Both the position numbers and the translations under genes were made by a program. The notes beneath the pieces are model-generated. The model saw only the letters and a program-made list of their open reading frames with translations, did no database searches and was not told the origin of the DNA. Of a DNA stretch of 64,000 nt, positions 44,050-58,381 are shown in pieces. Source of the DNA: Eledone cirrhosa. Taxonomy: Eukaryota. The stretch spans positions 14,384,001-14,448,000 of the forward strand of contig OZ024759.1 of assembly GCA_964016885.1 (NCBI GenBank), given 5' to 3'. Every line of letters begins with the position of its first letter. Within the stretch, counting starts at the first letter, position 1.

Positions 44050-44888
44050 TTTGATGGTGGTAGCGGTAGGGGTGGTGGTGGTGGTGGTGGTGTTGGTAGA
44101 GGTGGTGTCGGTGGTGGTAGTGGTGGCAGTGGTAGTGGTAGTGTTGTTGTTGTTGGCGTAAGTAGTGGTAGTGCTGGTGGTGGTTTTGGTGGTGTGATAG
44201 TGGTGTTGGTGGTGGTGTTGGTGGTGGTAGTGGTGGTGTTAGGTGATGATGCTGGTGGTTGTAGTGGTGGTGGTGTTGGTTGTGTCAAAGGTAGTGTATT
44301 AGTATGAGTGGTGGTGGTGACGGTTGTGGTGTTACTGGTGGTGGTTGGGGCATCAATGGTATTTGAATTGGTGTTGGTGGTGTTGATGGTGATTGTGGTG
44401 ATGGTGTCAATGGTATTTGAATTAATGGTGTCGATGGTGGTGTCAGTGGTAGTCGAATTCGTATGAGTGGTGATGGTGATGGTGGTGGTAGAGATGGTGA
44501 TGATGCTAGTGGTGTTGGGATTGGTGGTGGCGATGGTGTCGGTATTAGTGGTGGAGATTGTGGTGGTGTAGGTGGTGGTGATGGTTTTGGTATTGGTGGT
44601 GGTGATGGTGTTGGTATTGGTGGTGGTGATGGTGATGGTATTGGTGGTGGTGATGTTGTTGGTATTGGTGGCGGAGATTATGGTGGTGTTAGAGGTGGTG
44701 TGTTGGTGGTACTGGTGGTGGAGATTGTGGTGGTATTGGTTGTGGGGATAGTTTTGGTATTGGTGGTGGTGTTGGTGGTGATGGTGTTGGTATTAGTGGT
44801 GGAGATTGTGGTGGCGTTGGTGGTGGTGTTAGTGATGGAGATGGTGGTGGTGTTGGTGGTGTTGGTGGTGATGGTGTTGGTGGGGTTG
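44050..44888. repeat. (GGT)n-rich low-complexity tract
   Basis: Degenerate triplet repeat. Confidence 0.88.
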
Positions 44889-45074
44889 GGAGAATATTCG
44901 TCCACACTAAAGACGAGAAATTATTCTACAAATGGTTTATAAAGGAAGAAAAATGGCTGCCAACATTAAAAGAATGATTTACATCCAACAACGCTAGACT
45001 ACACTTATGGCTCTTGATTTGACTTTCAATCCCCGACAGATAAAAGAAGACATTTCTATGGATATGTGTATTGA

Positions 45075-45139
<65 letters not shown>

Positions 45140-45320
45140 TATATATAAATATATATATATATATTTATATATATATATATATAAATACATACACACACAT
45201 ATATAAGTATGTTTGTATATATGTATGTATAAATGTAAAGATATGAATTCACACAAATTTGAAGTGCGTTTACAAATAAGTATATATTCACAATCTGTTT
45301 GTGTATATATATGTGTGTGA

Positions 45321-45365
<45 letters not shown>

Positions 45366-45565
45366 NNNNNNNNNNNNNNNNNNNNNNNNNNNNNNNNNNN
45401 NNNNNNNNNNNNNNNNNNNNNNNNNNNNNNNNNNNNNNNNNNNNNNNNNNNNNNNNNNNNNNNNNNNNNNNNNNNNNNNNNNNNNNNNNNNNNNNNNNNN
45501 NNNNNNNNNNNNNNNNNNNNNNNNNNNNNNNNNNNNNNNNNNNNNNNNNNNNNNNNNNNNNNNNN
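45366..45565. other. Assembly gap (200 N)
   Basis: Run of n characters. Confidence 1.
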
Positions 45566-45797
45566 ATCCCGCCAGATCAGTTGGAGACGGTTGCTTCTGA
45601 CAGGACCCGCTAGGGGGAGTATTTGAGGACTCAGCCCCCACGACCCTCTCAGGAATAAGTGAGCGAAGAAGAAGAAGAAGAAGAAGAAGAAGCAGAAGAA
45701 GAAGAAGAAGAAGAAGAAGAAGAAGAAGAAGAAGAAGAAGAAGAAGAAGAAGAAGAAGAAGAAGAAGAAGAAGAAGAAGAAGAAGAAGAAGAAGAAG

Positions 45798-45826
<29 letters not shown>
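45566..45826 (+). mobile_element. RTE 3' terminus with long (GAA)n tail, abutting the assembly gap
   Basis: GATCAGTTGGAGACGGTTGCTTCTGACAGGACCCGCT...CAGGAATAAG matches 1993-2080; (GAA)n runs about 45665-45826. Confidence 0.75.
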
Positions 45827-45828
<2 letters not shown>

Positions 45829-46073
45829 TCGATGTGAAAGTAGCCCTGGTTTTGCAACAAGCAGTTTGTAATGTCATTCGGTTCAACGCCCCTGAGGCAA
45901 ATGAAGAAGCGATTAATATTATTATTATTATATAGGACAGCTATTGTTATAGAGAATATGTTATTAATGTGTAGCGGCAGCTGACTCGAGTTGAAGCCAT
46001 TGGTGTAAGACAAATCACAAACTTTCAACTATCTACCGACACAGCAGGTAGCGGAAGAGATATAGAGGCATAT

Positions 46074-46107
<34 letters not shown>

Positions 46108-46347
46108 CATATACTCTAGCATGTATGCACTCCCCCCCCCCCCACGCACACACACATATATATACACACATACACGCACACACACACATATATATATATA
46201 CATATAAATATATATATGTAAAAGTTCTATTTAAATTGTTGGGATACAACAAGCAAATATTTTTATAACTGATATAAAGCACTCAACAAATAATTGGAGT
46301 AAAAATACGATATTAACAAATGGAAACTATATTTATAAAACCATATT

Positions 46348-46413
46348 TATTTGATTATACATATTTCTAGGACACCCAAGTTAAATTATGGTGTGCTTTC
46401 ATCAGATAAAATA
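46348..46413 (-). ncRNA. Type I hammerhead motif (family A), left arm
   Basis: Mirror of 46583-46647 with a 1-nt indel. Confidence 0.65.
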
Positions 46414-46582
46414 TAATATAGAGCAGTTTTATAAATAAATATTGACATACCCTTAAATAATGAAACTATTTCTGTTGGAAGCTCCCGGAAGCTGTTGGAA
46501 GCACTATCCGGGAGCTTCCGACAGTAATGGTTGCATTATTTAAGAGTATGTCAATATTTATTTATAAAACTGGTCTATATTA

Positions 46583-46647
46583 TATTTTATCTGATGAAAG
46601 CACACCATAATTTAACTTGGTGTCCTAGAAATATGTATAATCAAATA
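46583..46647 (+). ncRNA. Type I hammerhead motif (family A), right arm
   Basis: TATTTTAT-CTGATGA-AAGCACACCA...TGGTGTCCTA-GAAA-TATGTA-TA^ATCAAATA, slightly decayed. Confidence 0.68.
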
Positions 46648-46687
46648 AATATGGTTTTATAAATATAGTTTCCATTTGTTAATATCG

Positions 46688-46795
<108 letters not shown>

Positions 46796-47679
46796 AAGTC
46801 TAAAGTCTGTCTTAAGCCAGAAGGCTCATTTAGCCGGTGCTTATCCCGGTTTCATGGCGTGAAGCGACTGAGAGTACAAGACTCCCCCCTGGACAGGACG
46901 CCAGGTTAACCTCCAGCTATTGCTGGTACTCATTTTCAGCTGAGTATACTTTTGGTATTCGGTATGGGTTTACCGAACATTTATTATCATGCTCGGTTTG
47001 TTTGTAAACAAACAGCCCGAATTAAGCCGTACAGTGTTTAGGTAGAAGGGCTTGTTCGAAAAATATATTGCAGTCTCCATTTCAGGATTGAAAAACTGGC
47101 AATGGACCTGCAACCCGTCCTGGGAGGCGAGGGATAGACTCATAAAGATTGCATATCATGTGACCCCAAAGAGGATTAGGAAGGGAGCACACTGTAACAA
47201 TTGGAATTATATACAATAAAAATACATAAGTTTCACCATGGTTGTGTTCAGTTGTGATCATGTCACAGTTACCTCAGTGGCCTTTCTCATACGACGACAA
47301 CCTCTAAATAAACGATGTCAACGACAGAGACGACGACAACGACGATGACTTCTACGACGACATCTACCATGACGATGACAATGACATCTACCAAGACGAC
47401 GAAGAAGACGACAACGACGACGACAACGACATCTATCACCACGACGACAACGACGGTGACGGTGGCGGGGATCAGAAAGACAATGTCGTCAAAAATATAT
47501 ATATTTTTTTCTTTTCTTAAAGTGAGTGACTGACAGTGTTATTTGTCATTTAACAAGCGTGCTTGACAACATGACTCTTCCCGCCATCGTGTGATAGCAG
47601 CTGAATTAAATGGCCGACTAATTGAGCCGTGATATAGCCACCTTCCATCCCTCATTCACTACAAATATTGACTATAAAC

Positions 47680-48075
47680 CACACCAAACCAAACCAAACC
47701 AAAAGCTAACCAAACCAAACTAACCAAACCAAACCAAACCAAACCAAAAGCTAACCAAACCAAATTAACCAAACCAAACCAAACCAAACCAAACTAACCA
47801 AACCAAACCAAACCAAACCATACCAAACAAAACAAAACCAGACTAACGAGGTCACATCAAACCAAACCAAACCAGACCAAACCAAACCAAACCAAACTAA
47901 CCAAACCACACCAAACCAAACCAAACTAAACCAAATTAAACCAAACTAACCAAACCAAACTAAACCAAACCAAACTAATCGAAACGAAACGAAAACCAAA
48001 CCAAACAAACCAAACCAAATCAAACCAAACTAACCAAACCAAACTATCCAAACAAAACCAAACCGAACCAACCAA
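47680..48075. repeat. (AAACC)n pentamer satellite
   Basis: Direct observation. Confidence 0.9.
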
Positions 48076-48235
48076 CGTTTGCTTTGCATTTTTTCTTTAT
48101 CTATATGTTATGCTCCTTTTGTCTCCTGTTCTTCCATCTTCTTTTTCATCTTGTTTTTTTAACTGTAAATGTTACTAGACACCTCCCCTAGTCCATCATG
48201 GCTTATATATATATATATGTATTTATATATATATG

Positions 48236-48341
<106 letters not shown>

Positions 48342-48361
48342 GGGGGGGGTATATATATATA

Positions 48362-49087
48362 CATCATCATCAGGTCGAGCTTGCTCGGCCCTCTACGACA
48401 CGTTTCCTCCATCCATTTCTGTCTCTCATAGCGTTTGGCAGTTCTTCCGCGTGCATCCAGTATCGTCCTCAAGTTGCTTGACGTATGTCTTCTTGGAACG
48501 ACCAGCGTTTCTTGCTCCATGAGATGGACTCCATAACAATACATCGCCTGCTATTTCTTCCTTGCTGCACCAACAGTGGCCAGCAAATCTGAGTCTCTGT
48601 TTACGTATTGACTTGCTGATAGGTGGTATATTGCCATAGAGATCCTTATTTGTTGGGTGTTCCCTCCAAGATACGTTTAAAGCAGCACGGAGCATACGTG
48701 TGTATGCCTCGTCTAGCTTTTTCCGCAGTTTTGACGTTAGCGTCCAAGTGATAGAGCCATAAACAAGCACAGATTCCACAGCAGCTCTGAAGAAATTCCT
48801 TTTCAGTTTGGCCGGCAGGTTTGATTTCCATATATTTTCCATTGCATTCAATGCTCCCCAGGCTTTTCCCAGTCTGATGTTAACATCATGTTCTGTGGAG
48901 GCGATATAGCTACCCAAGCATTTGAAGTCGTCAACTTGCTTGATTTTATCACCGTTTAGACTTCGCATACCAACTGAGGAGTCTTGGTTCAGGCAAATAT
49001 ATTCTGTTTTGCCTGTGTTGACATAGAGTCCGATTTCCTTTGCAACTGATTCGATGCTGTGAAGTAGTGATGTTGCATCCTTAAGGT
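48362..49087 (-). mobile_element. 5'-truncated LINE (RTE/RTEX-like), RT C-terminal part and 3' end
   Basis: [27 protein letters not shown]...FKCLGSYI...[14 protein letters not shown]...[10 protein letters not shown]. Short (GAT)n tail; flanked by (TA)n. Confidence 0.88.
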
Positions 49088-49131
49088 AGTCATATATATA
49101 TATATTTATGTATACATACATACACACACAC

Positions 49132-49247
<116 letters not shown>

Positions 49248-49358
49248 TATTTATGTATACATATATATATACGCACACACATTTATATATATATATATAC
49301 ATATATACATATATATATATTGATACTCTATATCTACTATATACATATGTATATATAT

Positions 49359-49945
<587 letters not shown>

Positions 49946-50812
49946 ATATATATATATATATATGTATTTATCTCTCTCTCTCTTCCAGCCCTCACATATA
50001 TATGTAAATTTACATATGTATGTATATATATATATATATATATAAAAGTTTACATATATATATATACATACATATACGTGTTTTGCAACCGGTCACTTTG
50101 TGGCTCAATGAAAAATTAATAAATTAAACAATCAGAGCTATATATCATAAAACATGTGATTCTTGTGATTCTATAGACATGTTTTATGATATATATATAT
50201 ATGTGTGTGTGTGGAGGGGGGGGGGGGGGGGTGAGAGGGTGAGAAAAATCACAGATGTGAGAAAAATCACAGACCCTCCATCTCAACTCTACTTTTGAAA
50301 AGCAGAAGAACTGTGAAACCGGTAAAGGAACCAAATAAATATATATATTTAAAAAAAAAAGACTCCAGTTGCATTTTCGATTTCATCTTTTTTCCTTATA
50401 TATATATATATATATACAGATACATACATATGTACATATACATACATACATCACACACACACATATATATATGTCTGCATACACACACACGCACACATAT
50501 ATTATTCTTCTTAGCTTCCACTCTTTTTGTTCTTTCTTTTTCCTCCTCCTCTTCATCGCTTTTCAGTTTCTTTCCTACTTTCTTTCTTCTTTTAATTCAT
50601 TTTAGTGGGAATGGAGGTATGGGGGGGGGGGGTCCTTCCCCCCTCTCTCTTTCTTTCATTCTTTCTTTCTTTCTTTCTTTCTTTCTCTCTCTCTCCTCTC
50701 TCACTCTCCCTCTCTCTTCTCCCTCTCTTATATCTCTCTCTTCTCTCTCTCTTCTCTCTCTCTTTCTCTCTCTTGTTCTCTCCCACTACTCACTTTCTCT
50801 TTGTCCCTTTCC

Positions 50813-50903
<91 letters not shown>

Positions 50904-51066
50904 CTTAAAAATCGAATGAAAATAAGAAGAATGCCCCCCCCCACATACATATATATATATATACATATATATATGTATATATATATATACATACATATAT
51001 ATATATATACATATATACATATATATACATATATACTATATATATATATATATATATATACATATA

Positions 51067-51126
<60 letters not shown>

Positions 51127-51189
51127 GCTTCTTTATTTCGTTTGAAAGTTGAAGTACACAAGACACGAAACAGAAAATCAAAAGGTAAT

Positions 51190-51235
<46 letters not shown>

Positions 51236-51884
51236 TAATAATAATAATAATAACAACATCATCATCAACAACAACAACAACAACTATAACAGCAACAACA
51301 ACTATAACAGCAGCAACAATGACGACAACAAAAAGCAATTTGAAATGAAACGAAACGAAAGAAGTTTCTTTTTTGTATTTTTAAAAAATATTTTCTTTTT
51401 TTTACAAATCGTCCCCTCAAATCTTTTTTTTTTTCTACCGACAACCAAACGGTCTCCATCCGTCACCCTACCACCCTTCCACCCAACCACCCCGCCACCC
51501 TGCTACTCAGCCATCCCGTCACTACCCAGCAATGTTTGCACCATTACACTTCACAATTCTCTATTACACACCTTCTCTTCTCATCCGATCCGGCTTTTAA
51601 GAGAAACCCAGCAGGATGTCCGTCCTTCGTCTTAAGAGCCAACCAGCCAGATTGCCTGCAAGACGACTGAGACAGCCAGCAATCCAACCAGCCGGAAACA
51701 ACATCGACAGCAACAACAACAGCAACAACAACAACAACAACAATAGCAGCAGCAGCAACAAGAACAACAACAGCAACAACAACAACGACGACAACAAGAA
51801 CAGCAGCAACAACAACATCGACAACAACGACATCGACAACAACAACACCAGCAGCAACAAAAACAACAACACCAACAACAACAT

Positions 51885-51916
<32 letters not shown>

Positions 51917-52013
51917 TCAACACCAACAACATCATCAACAACAACATCAACAACACCAACAACAACATCATCAACAACACCAACAACAACATCATCAACA
52001 ACAGCAACAACAA

Positions 52014-52045
<32 letters not shown>

Positions 52046-52174
52046 GTAACAACAACAACACCACCAACAACAACAGTACTCACTGCAACAGTTACATCAT
52101 CATCAACAACAATATATCGCTTTCAGACTAAAGATGTTTAATCTCAACACATCGATCAGAATCTACCGATAGAG

Positions 52175-52950
52175 TAGCTAAACACATTGACACCTACTAT
52201 AGATGTGGAAGCTAAACACATTGACACGTACTACAGATGTGGAAACTAAATACATTGACACCTACTATAGATGTGGAAGCTAAACATATCGATCCCAAAC
52301 TACAGATGTGGGAGCTAAACACATTGGCCATAAACTACAGATGTGGAAGCTAAACACATTGGCCATAAACTACAGATGTGGAAGCTAAGCACATCGGCCA
52401 TAAACTATAGATGAGAAAGCTAAACACATTGACCATAAACTACAGATGTGGAATCTAAACACATTAGCCACAAACTACAGATGTGGAATCTAAATTCATT
52501 GGCCACAAACTACAGATGTGGATGCTAAACACACCGATCCCAAACTATAGATGGGAAGCTAAATACATTACCCATAATTTGTAGATGTTTAAATACACAC
52601 ATCAGTTGCAGCCTCCAGATGTTTAAATTAAACACATCTATCACATCCTACAGATATTTAACTAAACACATCCATCACATCCTACAGATGTTTAGACTAA
52701 ACACATCCATCACATCCTACAGATGTTTAGACTAAACACATAATCACATCCTACAGATGTTGAGACTAAACACATCCATCACATCCTACAGATGTTTAGA
52801 CTAAACACATCCATCACATCCTACAGATATTTAGACTAAACACATCCATCACAGCCTACAGATGTTTAGACTAAACACATCCATCACATCCTACAGATGT
52901 TGAGACTAAACACATCCATCACATCCTACAGATGTTTAGACTAAACACAT
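52175..52950. repeat. Two adjacent related 30-bp minisatellite arrays
   Basis: CTAAACACATTGGCCATAAACTACAGATGTGGAAG-type units (52175-52580), then CTAAACACATCCATCACATCCTACAGATGTTTAGA-type units (52625-52950). Confidence 0.92.
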
Positions 52951-53099
52951 TAATTGCAGCAATCTCATGCCTCATCGGTTTTCTCCCTTGCACACATTCC
53001 TCTTCAGCCTCCACCATCCTTTCTCCGACCAAATAATTATAATTTCGAGCAGACACACACACACGCACAAAAACACATGCATCTATACGTACATGTATG

Positions 53100-53133
<34 letters not shown>

Positions 53134-53136
53134 TAG

Positions 53137-53223
<87 letters not shown>

Positions 53224-53670
53224 GAGAGAAGGGGACAGGGAAGGAGAAAGAGAGAGGGGGGAGAGGGAGTGAGAGAGAGGGGAGAGAGAGGGAGAGAGAG
53301 AGAGCGAGAGAGATGGAGAGTATGTAATATGTGAGTGTTCAGCTTGTCCAATTTCTCAAGTAGGGACTGCCTAACTGGGACTCTGTCACATCTTAATGCT
53401 TTCTTCTTAGATAAGTGAACCTTACAAACGACTCTACTTACTTATTACTTCGTACACACACACATATACACACACATACACACACAGAGACACACAGACA
53501 CACATACACACACACACAGACACATTCATAGACACACATACACATACACACGCATACACACACATACACACACACATATACAATACACATATATATATAT
53601 ATATATATATGTATACTCACGCTAATGCATATATATATGTATACTCACACACATACATATATATATACTC

Positions 53671-53743
<73 letters not shown>

Positions 53744-54034
53744 TACATATATATACGTACGTAAGTACTTCCATGCATGCATCCATCCATACATACATAA
53801 ATACACTCATACATATACATACATTCAGATACTCACACACACACACACACATACACACACAGCACACACAACACACACAACACACTCACAGCACACAACA
53901 CACAACACACTCACAACACACAACACACACACCATACATTGTCATCACAACTATTAACATCTTCACTTTATCGCCAATACAATTCAAGTGAGACACCAGA
54001 CCTTGTAGCAAATCTACCCGTATGTATTGTCATC

Positions 54035-54053
54035 GTCGTCGTCGTTGTCGTCG

Positions 54054-54085
<32 letters not shown>

Positions 54086-54336
54086 CTTCTTCTTCTTCTT
54101 CTTCTTCTTCTTCTTCTTCTTCTTCTTCTTCTTCTTTTTTTTTCTTCTTTTTCTTCTTCTTCTTCTTCTTCTTCTTCTTCTTCTTCTTCTTCTTCTTCTT
54201 CTTCTTCTTGTCGTTGTCGTTGTTGATGTTGTTGTTGGTGTCGGCGTTGTTATTGTTATTGTTGTTGCTGTTGCTGTTGTTGTCGTCGTTGACATCGCCG
54301 CCGTTGTTGTCGTTGTCGTTGTCGTTGTCGTCGTCG

Positions 54337-54380
<44 letters not shown>

Positions 54381-54540
54381 CTTCTTCTTCTTCTTCTTCT
54401 TCTTCTTCTTCTTCTTCTTCTTCTTCTTCTTCTTCTTGTCGTTGTCGTTGTTGATGTTGTTGTTGGTGTCGGCGTTGTTGTTGTTATTGTTGTTGCTGTT
54501 GCTGTTGTTGTCGTCGTTGACATCGCCGCCGTTGTTGTCG
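54035..54540. repeat. Compound (GTT)/(CTT) repeat with a tandem duplication of a ~230-bp unit
   Basis: GATGTTGTTGTTGGTGTCGGCG...GACATCGCCGCCG occurs at about 54225 and 54452. Confidence 0.85.
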
Positions 54541-55654
54541 TCACCAAACCATGCGTGACAACACCACAGCTAACAACAACAACAACAACAACAAGTACAA
54601 GCAACAACAACAGCAGCAGCCCCATTAACAACAACAACAACAATAACAACAAAAATACACCAAAAATAACAGCAGTAGTAGCAACAACTGCAACAACAGC
54701 AATAACAACGACAACAACAACAAAAACAACAACATTAACTACAACAACAACAATAACAATAACATCAACAATATACTTGTATCATCATCATCACCAACAA
54801 TATACTAGCATCATCATCAACATCAACAACAATAACAATAACAGTATATTTGTAACATCCTCATCAACATCAACAACAATATACTAACATCATCATCATC
54901 AACAACTGCAACAACTGTGGTGTAGTTTTACCCCATCACCCGGCTAAAAACTCCACCACCTGCCTGTCCTCTTTGGTGTCTGTAGCGGGGACCACTTTGT
55001 TGCAATATTGGGACCCCGCCTCTAGTTTGAAGATAACATTCTCCCTCACACCTTCCCTCCCTCTCTCTCTCCCTCCCACAAATCTCGGGGGCCCTGAACA
55101 GCGTCATGGACTCCTGTCTTTTCCCTCTCTGACTAAACAGTAAAAACAACAACAAAACAACAACAACAGTTACAACAACAACAACAACGAGTGAATGAAG
55201 AAGTCACTATGCAGTTGCTTGACCTGACATAACCCGCAGCCAAATCCTTTTGAAATATTAAAGCTAGATATAAATATACTGGATAAAGTAGTTTTGAGTA
55301 TATAATGGTAGAAATGAAGAGGTTGACTTCAAAGTGAGATAAGATTTTATTTCTTAGTGAACTTTTCTTGGGCTTTGTATCATGGTATTACGTCGCTGGT
55401 AGCGGCTTTAAAGAGAAAAGGTCCTATAAAACAAATAAGCTTAACCCCACAAGAAGAGGCCCAGGAATATTAACTGGTTTAACCCCTCTATTTTCCCCAA
55501 ATATTGTTTCTAATGTAAGGAAAAGCCCTTAACTCAGGAAAGAATGGTAGTGGTGGCGTCGTGACACGTGGCATCTTTTGGGCATTTTAAACCTGGTTGA
55601 GCCGAAAGCCACTCCAACTTTAAACACAGCCGATTTCTTTCTGAGAGAAGAAGA

Positions 55655-55950
55655 ATTGACCCGAGCACTCGACTAATAATTTATATATCGACCTCGAAAG
55701 GACGAAAGCAAAGTTGACCTCGGCGGGATTTGAACTTAGAGCGCAGTCAATCGGAACAAATACCAAGGCAATTTTAATTCAACGCCAATTCGTCACCATA
55801 TTGTTTGTAATATAGAATGTATGTATGGTCCCGTAACTCGTTGGCGTGCCGTATTGACATACGGTGTTTGTTGGACATTTTAAGCCTGGCGGAGCCCATC
55901 CCTCTCCAGGCCTGAGTACAGCAGATTTCTTCCAGAGATATATATATAGA

Positions 55951-56001
<51 letters not shown>

Positions 56002-56170
56002 TGAGAAAGCTATAGAAGAAGAATCGACCCAGTACTAGACTGGTACTTTTTTTATTGACCTAGAGAGAATGAAAGGCAGAGTGGCCCTCGGTGGGATTTG
56101 AACTCAGAGAGCAGAGAGTCAGAACAAATAACATAAAGCATTCTATCCGACGTTCTAACGACACTGCCAA
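55655..56170 (-). mobile_element. Two older SINE copies (55655-55770, 56022-56170)
   Basis: Degenerate core plus GGGATTTGAACT. Confidence 0.65.
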
Positions 56171-56340
56171 TATAGAAAAGTAAATGGAATATAATTTACA
56201 GCTTACACACAGGTCAGGCTTGCGTCCTACAATGAGAATCTCATAATAGTTGTTTGTCAGGTGCTTTAATGATACGGGTACCTGTCCTATCATGGAGTTG
56301 TTACTGCTTTCACCTATGCAGTTTTAGCTAGACTCCCAAT

Positions 56341-56398
<58 letters not shown>

Positions 56399-56683
56399 AG
56401 AGAGTGAGCGAGAGAGAGTGTGTGTGGGAGAGAGAGAGAGAGAGAGAGAGAGTCGGTTTCTAACATAGACACAAGACTCTTTCATTGTAATTTAGACATC
56501 AACTAGGTAAATATGTCTGCATGTCTGCATACATACGCGCGCGCGCGCGCGTATGTACTGGTATAGATGTAAGTGTATGTGTGAATCTGTATGCTTTGAA
56601 TTATATTTGTGACGCGCATATGTTTTGTATATATATATATATATGTGTATGTGCTGTTATATGTAGAATTTTATGTATGTATG

Positions 56684-57300
56684 CGACTAAACTGGCAACC
56701 CCGCCAAGCTTGCTTGGTGAGGAGAGTGATATTTGGACACTCTGCGGGATGAAATACAAGACCCGGCGAAGGGCGGAGGAACTCATCAGAGTCAACAATC
56801 ATCGAAATAGTACTTTTCTTTTTTACCTGGGAGTGAAAGGTCCCCGGTGGTTGTCACAACAGCTTTCTAAGAGGGAAACTCTGAAATAAAAAAAACCTGC
56901 GGCTTCAAAAGTATCCGATGATGTTGACCAGTTCTCCTTTTCAGGTAGTGTTTTCAATGCTCAGAAAGTGGGATTGGTCGAGTGTAAGGCCCTTACCCAC
57001 TTAAGAAACCCTTTAAAGAACAGGCATTGCTTGTTCAAGATATGCTAAAGGTATGTTCGTGTGGCTGGCCGTTGACCAGTTCTCCTTTTCAGGTAGTGTT
57101 TTCAATGCTCAAAAAGTGGGATTGGTCGAGTGTAAGGCCCTTACCCACTTAAGAAACCCTTTAAAGAACAGGCATTGCTTGTTCAAGATATGCTAAAGGT
57201 AGGCGTGGCTGGCTGTAGCCTAAAAGTGCACCAAACTCTATAATCTGACAAGCGATTGCAATACTCTTAGCAGAGTTTGCAGCCATAATGTTTGTATGTA
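56684..57300 (+). mobile_element. Diverged bipartite RTE derivative (5'UTR + 3' end) with an internal ~130 bp tandem duplication
   Basis: 56684-56800 resembles 19099-19210; 56830-57030 resembles 58060-58275. 56922-57053 is repeated at 57071-57201. Ends GCAATACTCTTAGCAGAGTTTGCAGCCATAAT-(TATG)n. Confidence 0.7.
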
Positions 57301-57341
57301 TGTATGCATGTATGCATGTATGCATGTATGTATGTAATTAA

Positions 57342-57545
57342 TGTGGCAAAGGATGTCGATCTGTGACAGGACTGAAGCGGCATGTGAAGGTTCACAAGCG
57401 ACCTGATGCCAGGGAAATCCATTGTTGTCGTCAATGTACGAAGGAGTGCAAGTCTCTTGCAGAATTGAGAAGCCATATCTGAGCGCCACACATCCGACAA
57501 GCAATTGCAATACTCATAGCGGGAGTTTGAACCATCATGTATGTA
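57342..57545 (+). pseudogene. 5'-truncated 3' end of a related zinc-finger RTE LINE
   Basis: Translates CGKGCRSVTGLKRHVKVH...CRQCTKECKSLAELRSHI*APH, homologous to ZnF2 and ZnF3 of the 58391 ORF. Followed by the matching 3' UTR and (TATG)n. Confidence 0.8.
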
Positions 57546-57587
57546 TGTATGTATGGATGGATGGATGTATGTATGTATGTATGTATG

Positions 57588-57618
<31 letters not shown>

Positions 57619-57966
57619 TAATAATTTTTCTGCTTTTGGCACGGATCCAGCGACTGGCCAGCGCATCACTGGTACTCTCTTTTGTTGACTCCGTGGAGAG
57701 CCATAACTCTATGCTGTAAAGCAATTATAGTAATACTGGACTGTAATACGATCGGCTTCAACTATACAAACTCTTGAAAGTCAACAGTTGACATAATCTG
57801 GTAATCTTGTATCAGTAATGACGGTAATATATATATATATATGTGTGTGTGTGCGTGTAAGTGAGTAGAGTAGCGTGTGTGTGTGTTTGTTGTGTGTGTG
57901 AGTGTTGCTGTGTGCACGCATATGTATGCGTGTGTGTGTATGTCGTACGTATAAGTGTCAATAAGT

Positions 57967-58001
<35 letters not shown>

Positions 58002-58003
<2 letters not shown>

Positions 58004-58344
58004 GCGGGGACATAGAAATAATCGGGCTGGATGCCCGATCGCGCAGTTAAACCACTGGGAGTGAAGAACCCCTAGCCCATGTCAGGGTATTCTTCTAGGA
58101 GAAGGCATCTCAGGAAACTGGGTTAACTCCGATATAAAACCTGCGGCTCAGTAGTTACCGATGATGTTGATCTTTTCTTCTTTTCGGGTTATAGCTACTG
58201 TCGCTCAGAGAGTGGGATTGGTTCAGTGCACAGTCTTTCCTCACTTTAAAAATATTCGTCACGCACAGGCATTGCACGAGTGCATTAATAATTATTAATA
58301 GTGTAGTATTATTATTATTATTATTATTGTTATTACTATTATTA

Positions 58345-58381
<37 letters not shown>

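Noticed and set aside
51544-51700. Possible terminal exon on the minus strand (...GSDEKRRCVIENCEV*), and a similar candidate at 54928-55135
   Set aside because: Acceptor-like sites exist but there is no recognisable homology; unsupported without transcripts.
52175-52950. CRISPR-like regular ~30-bp periodicity
   Set aside because: Contiguous tandem units with no unique spacers, in a eukaryotic context with no cas genes.
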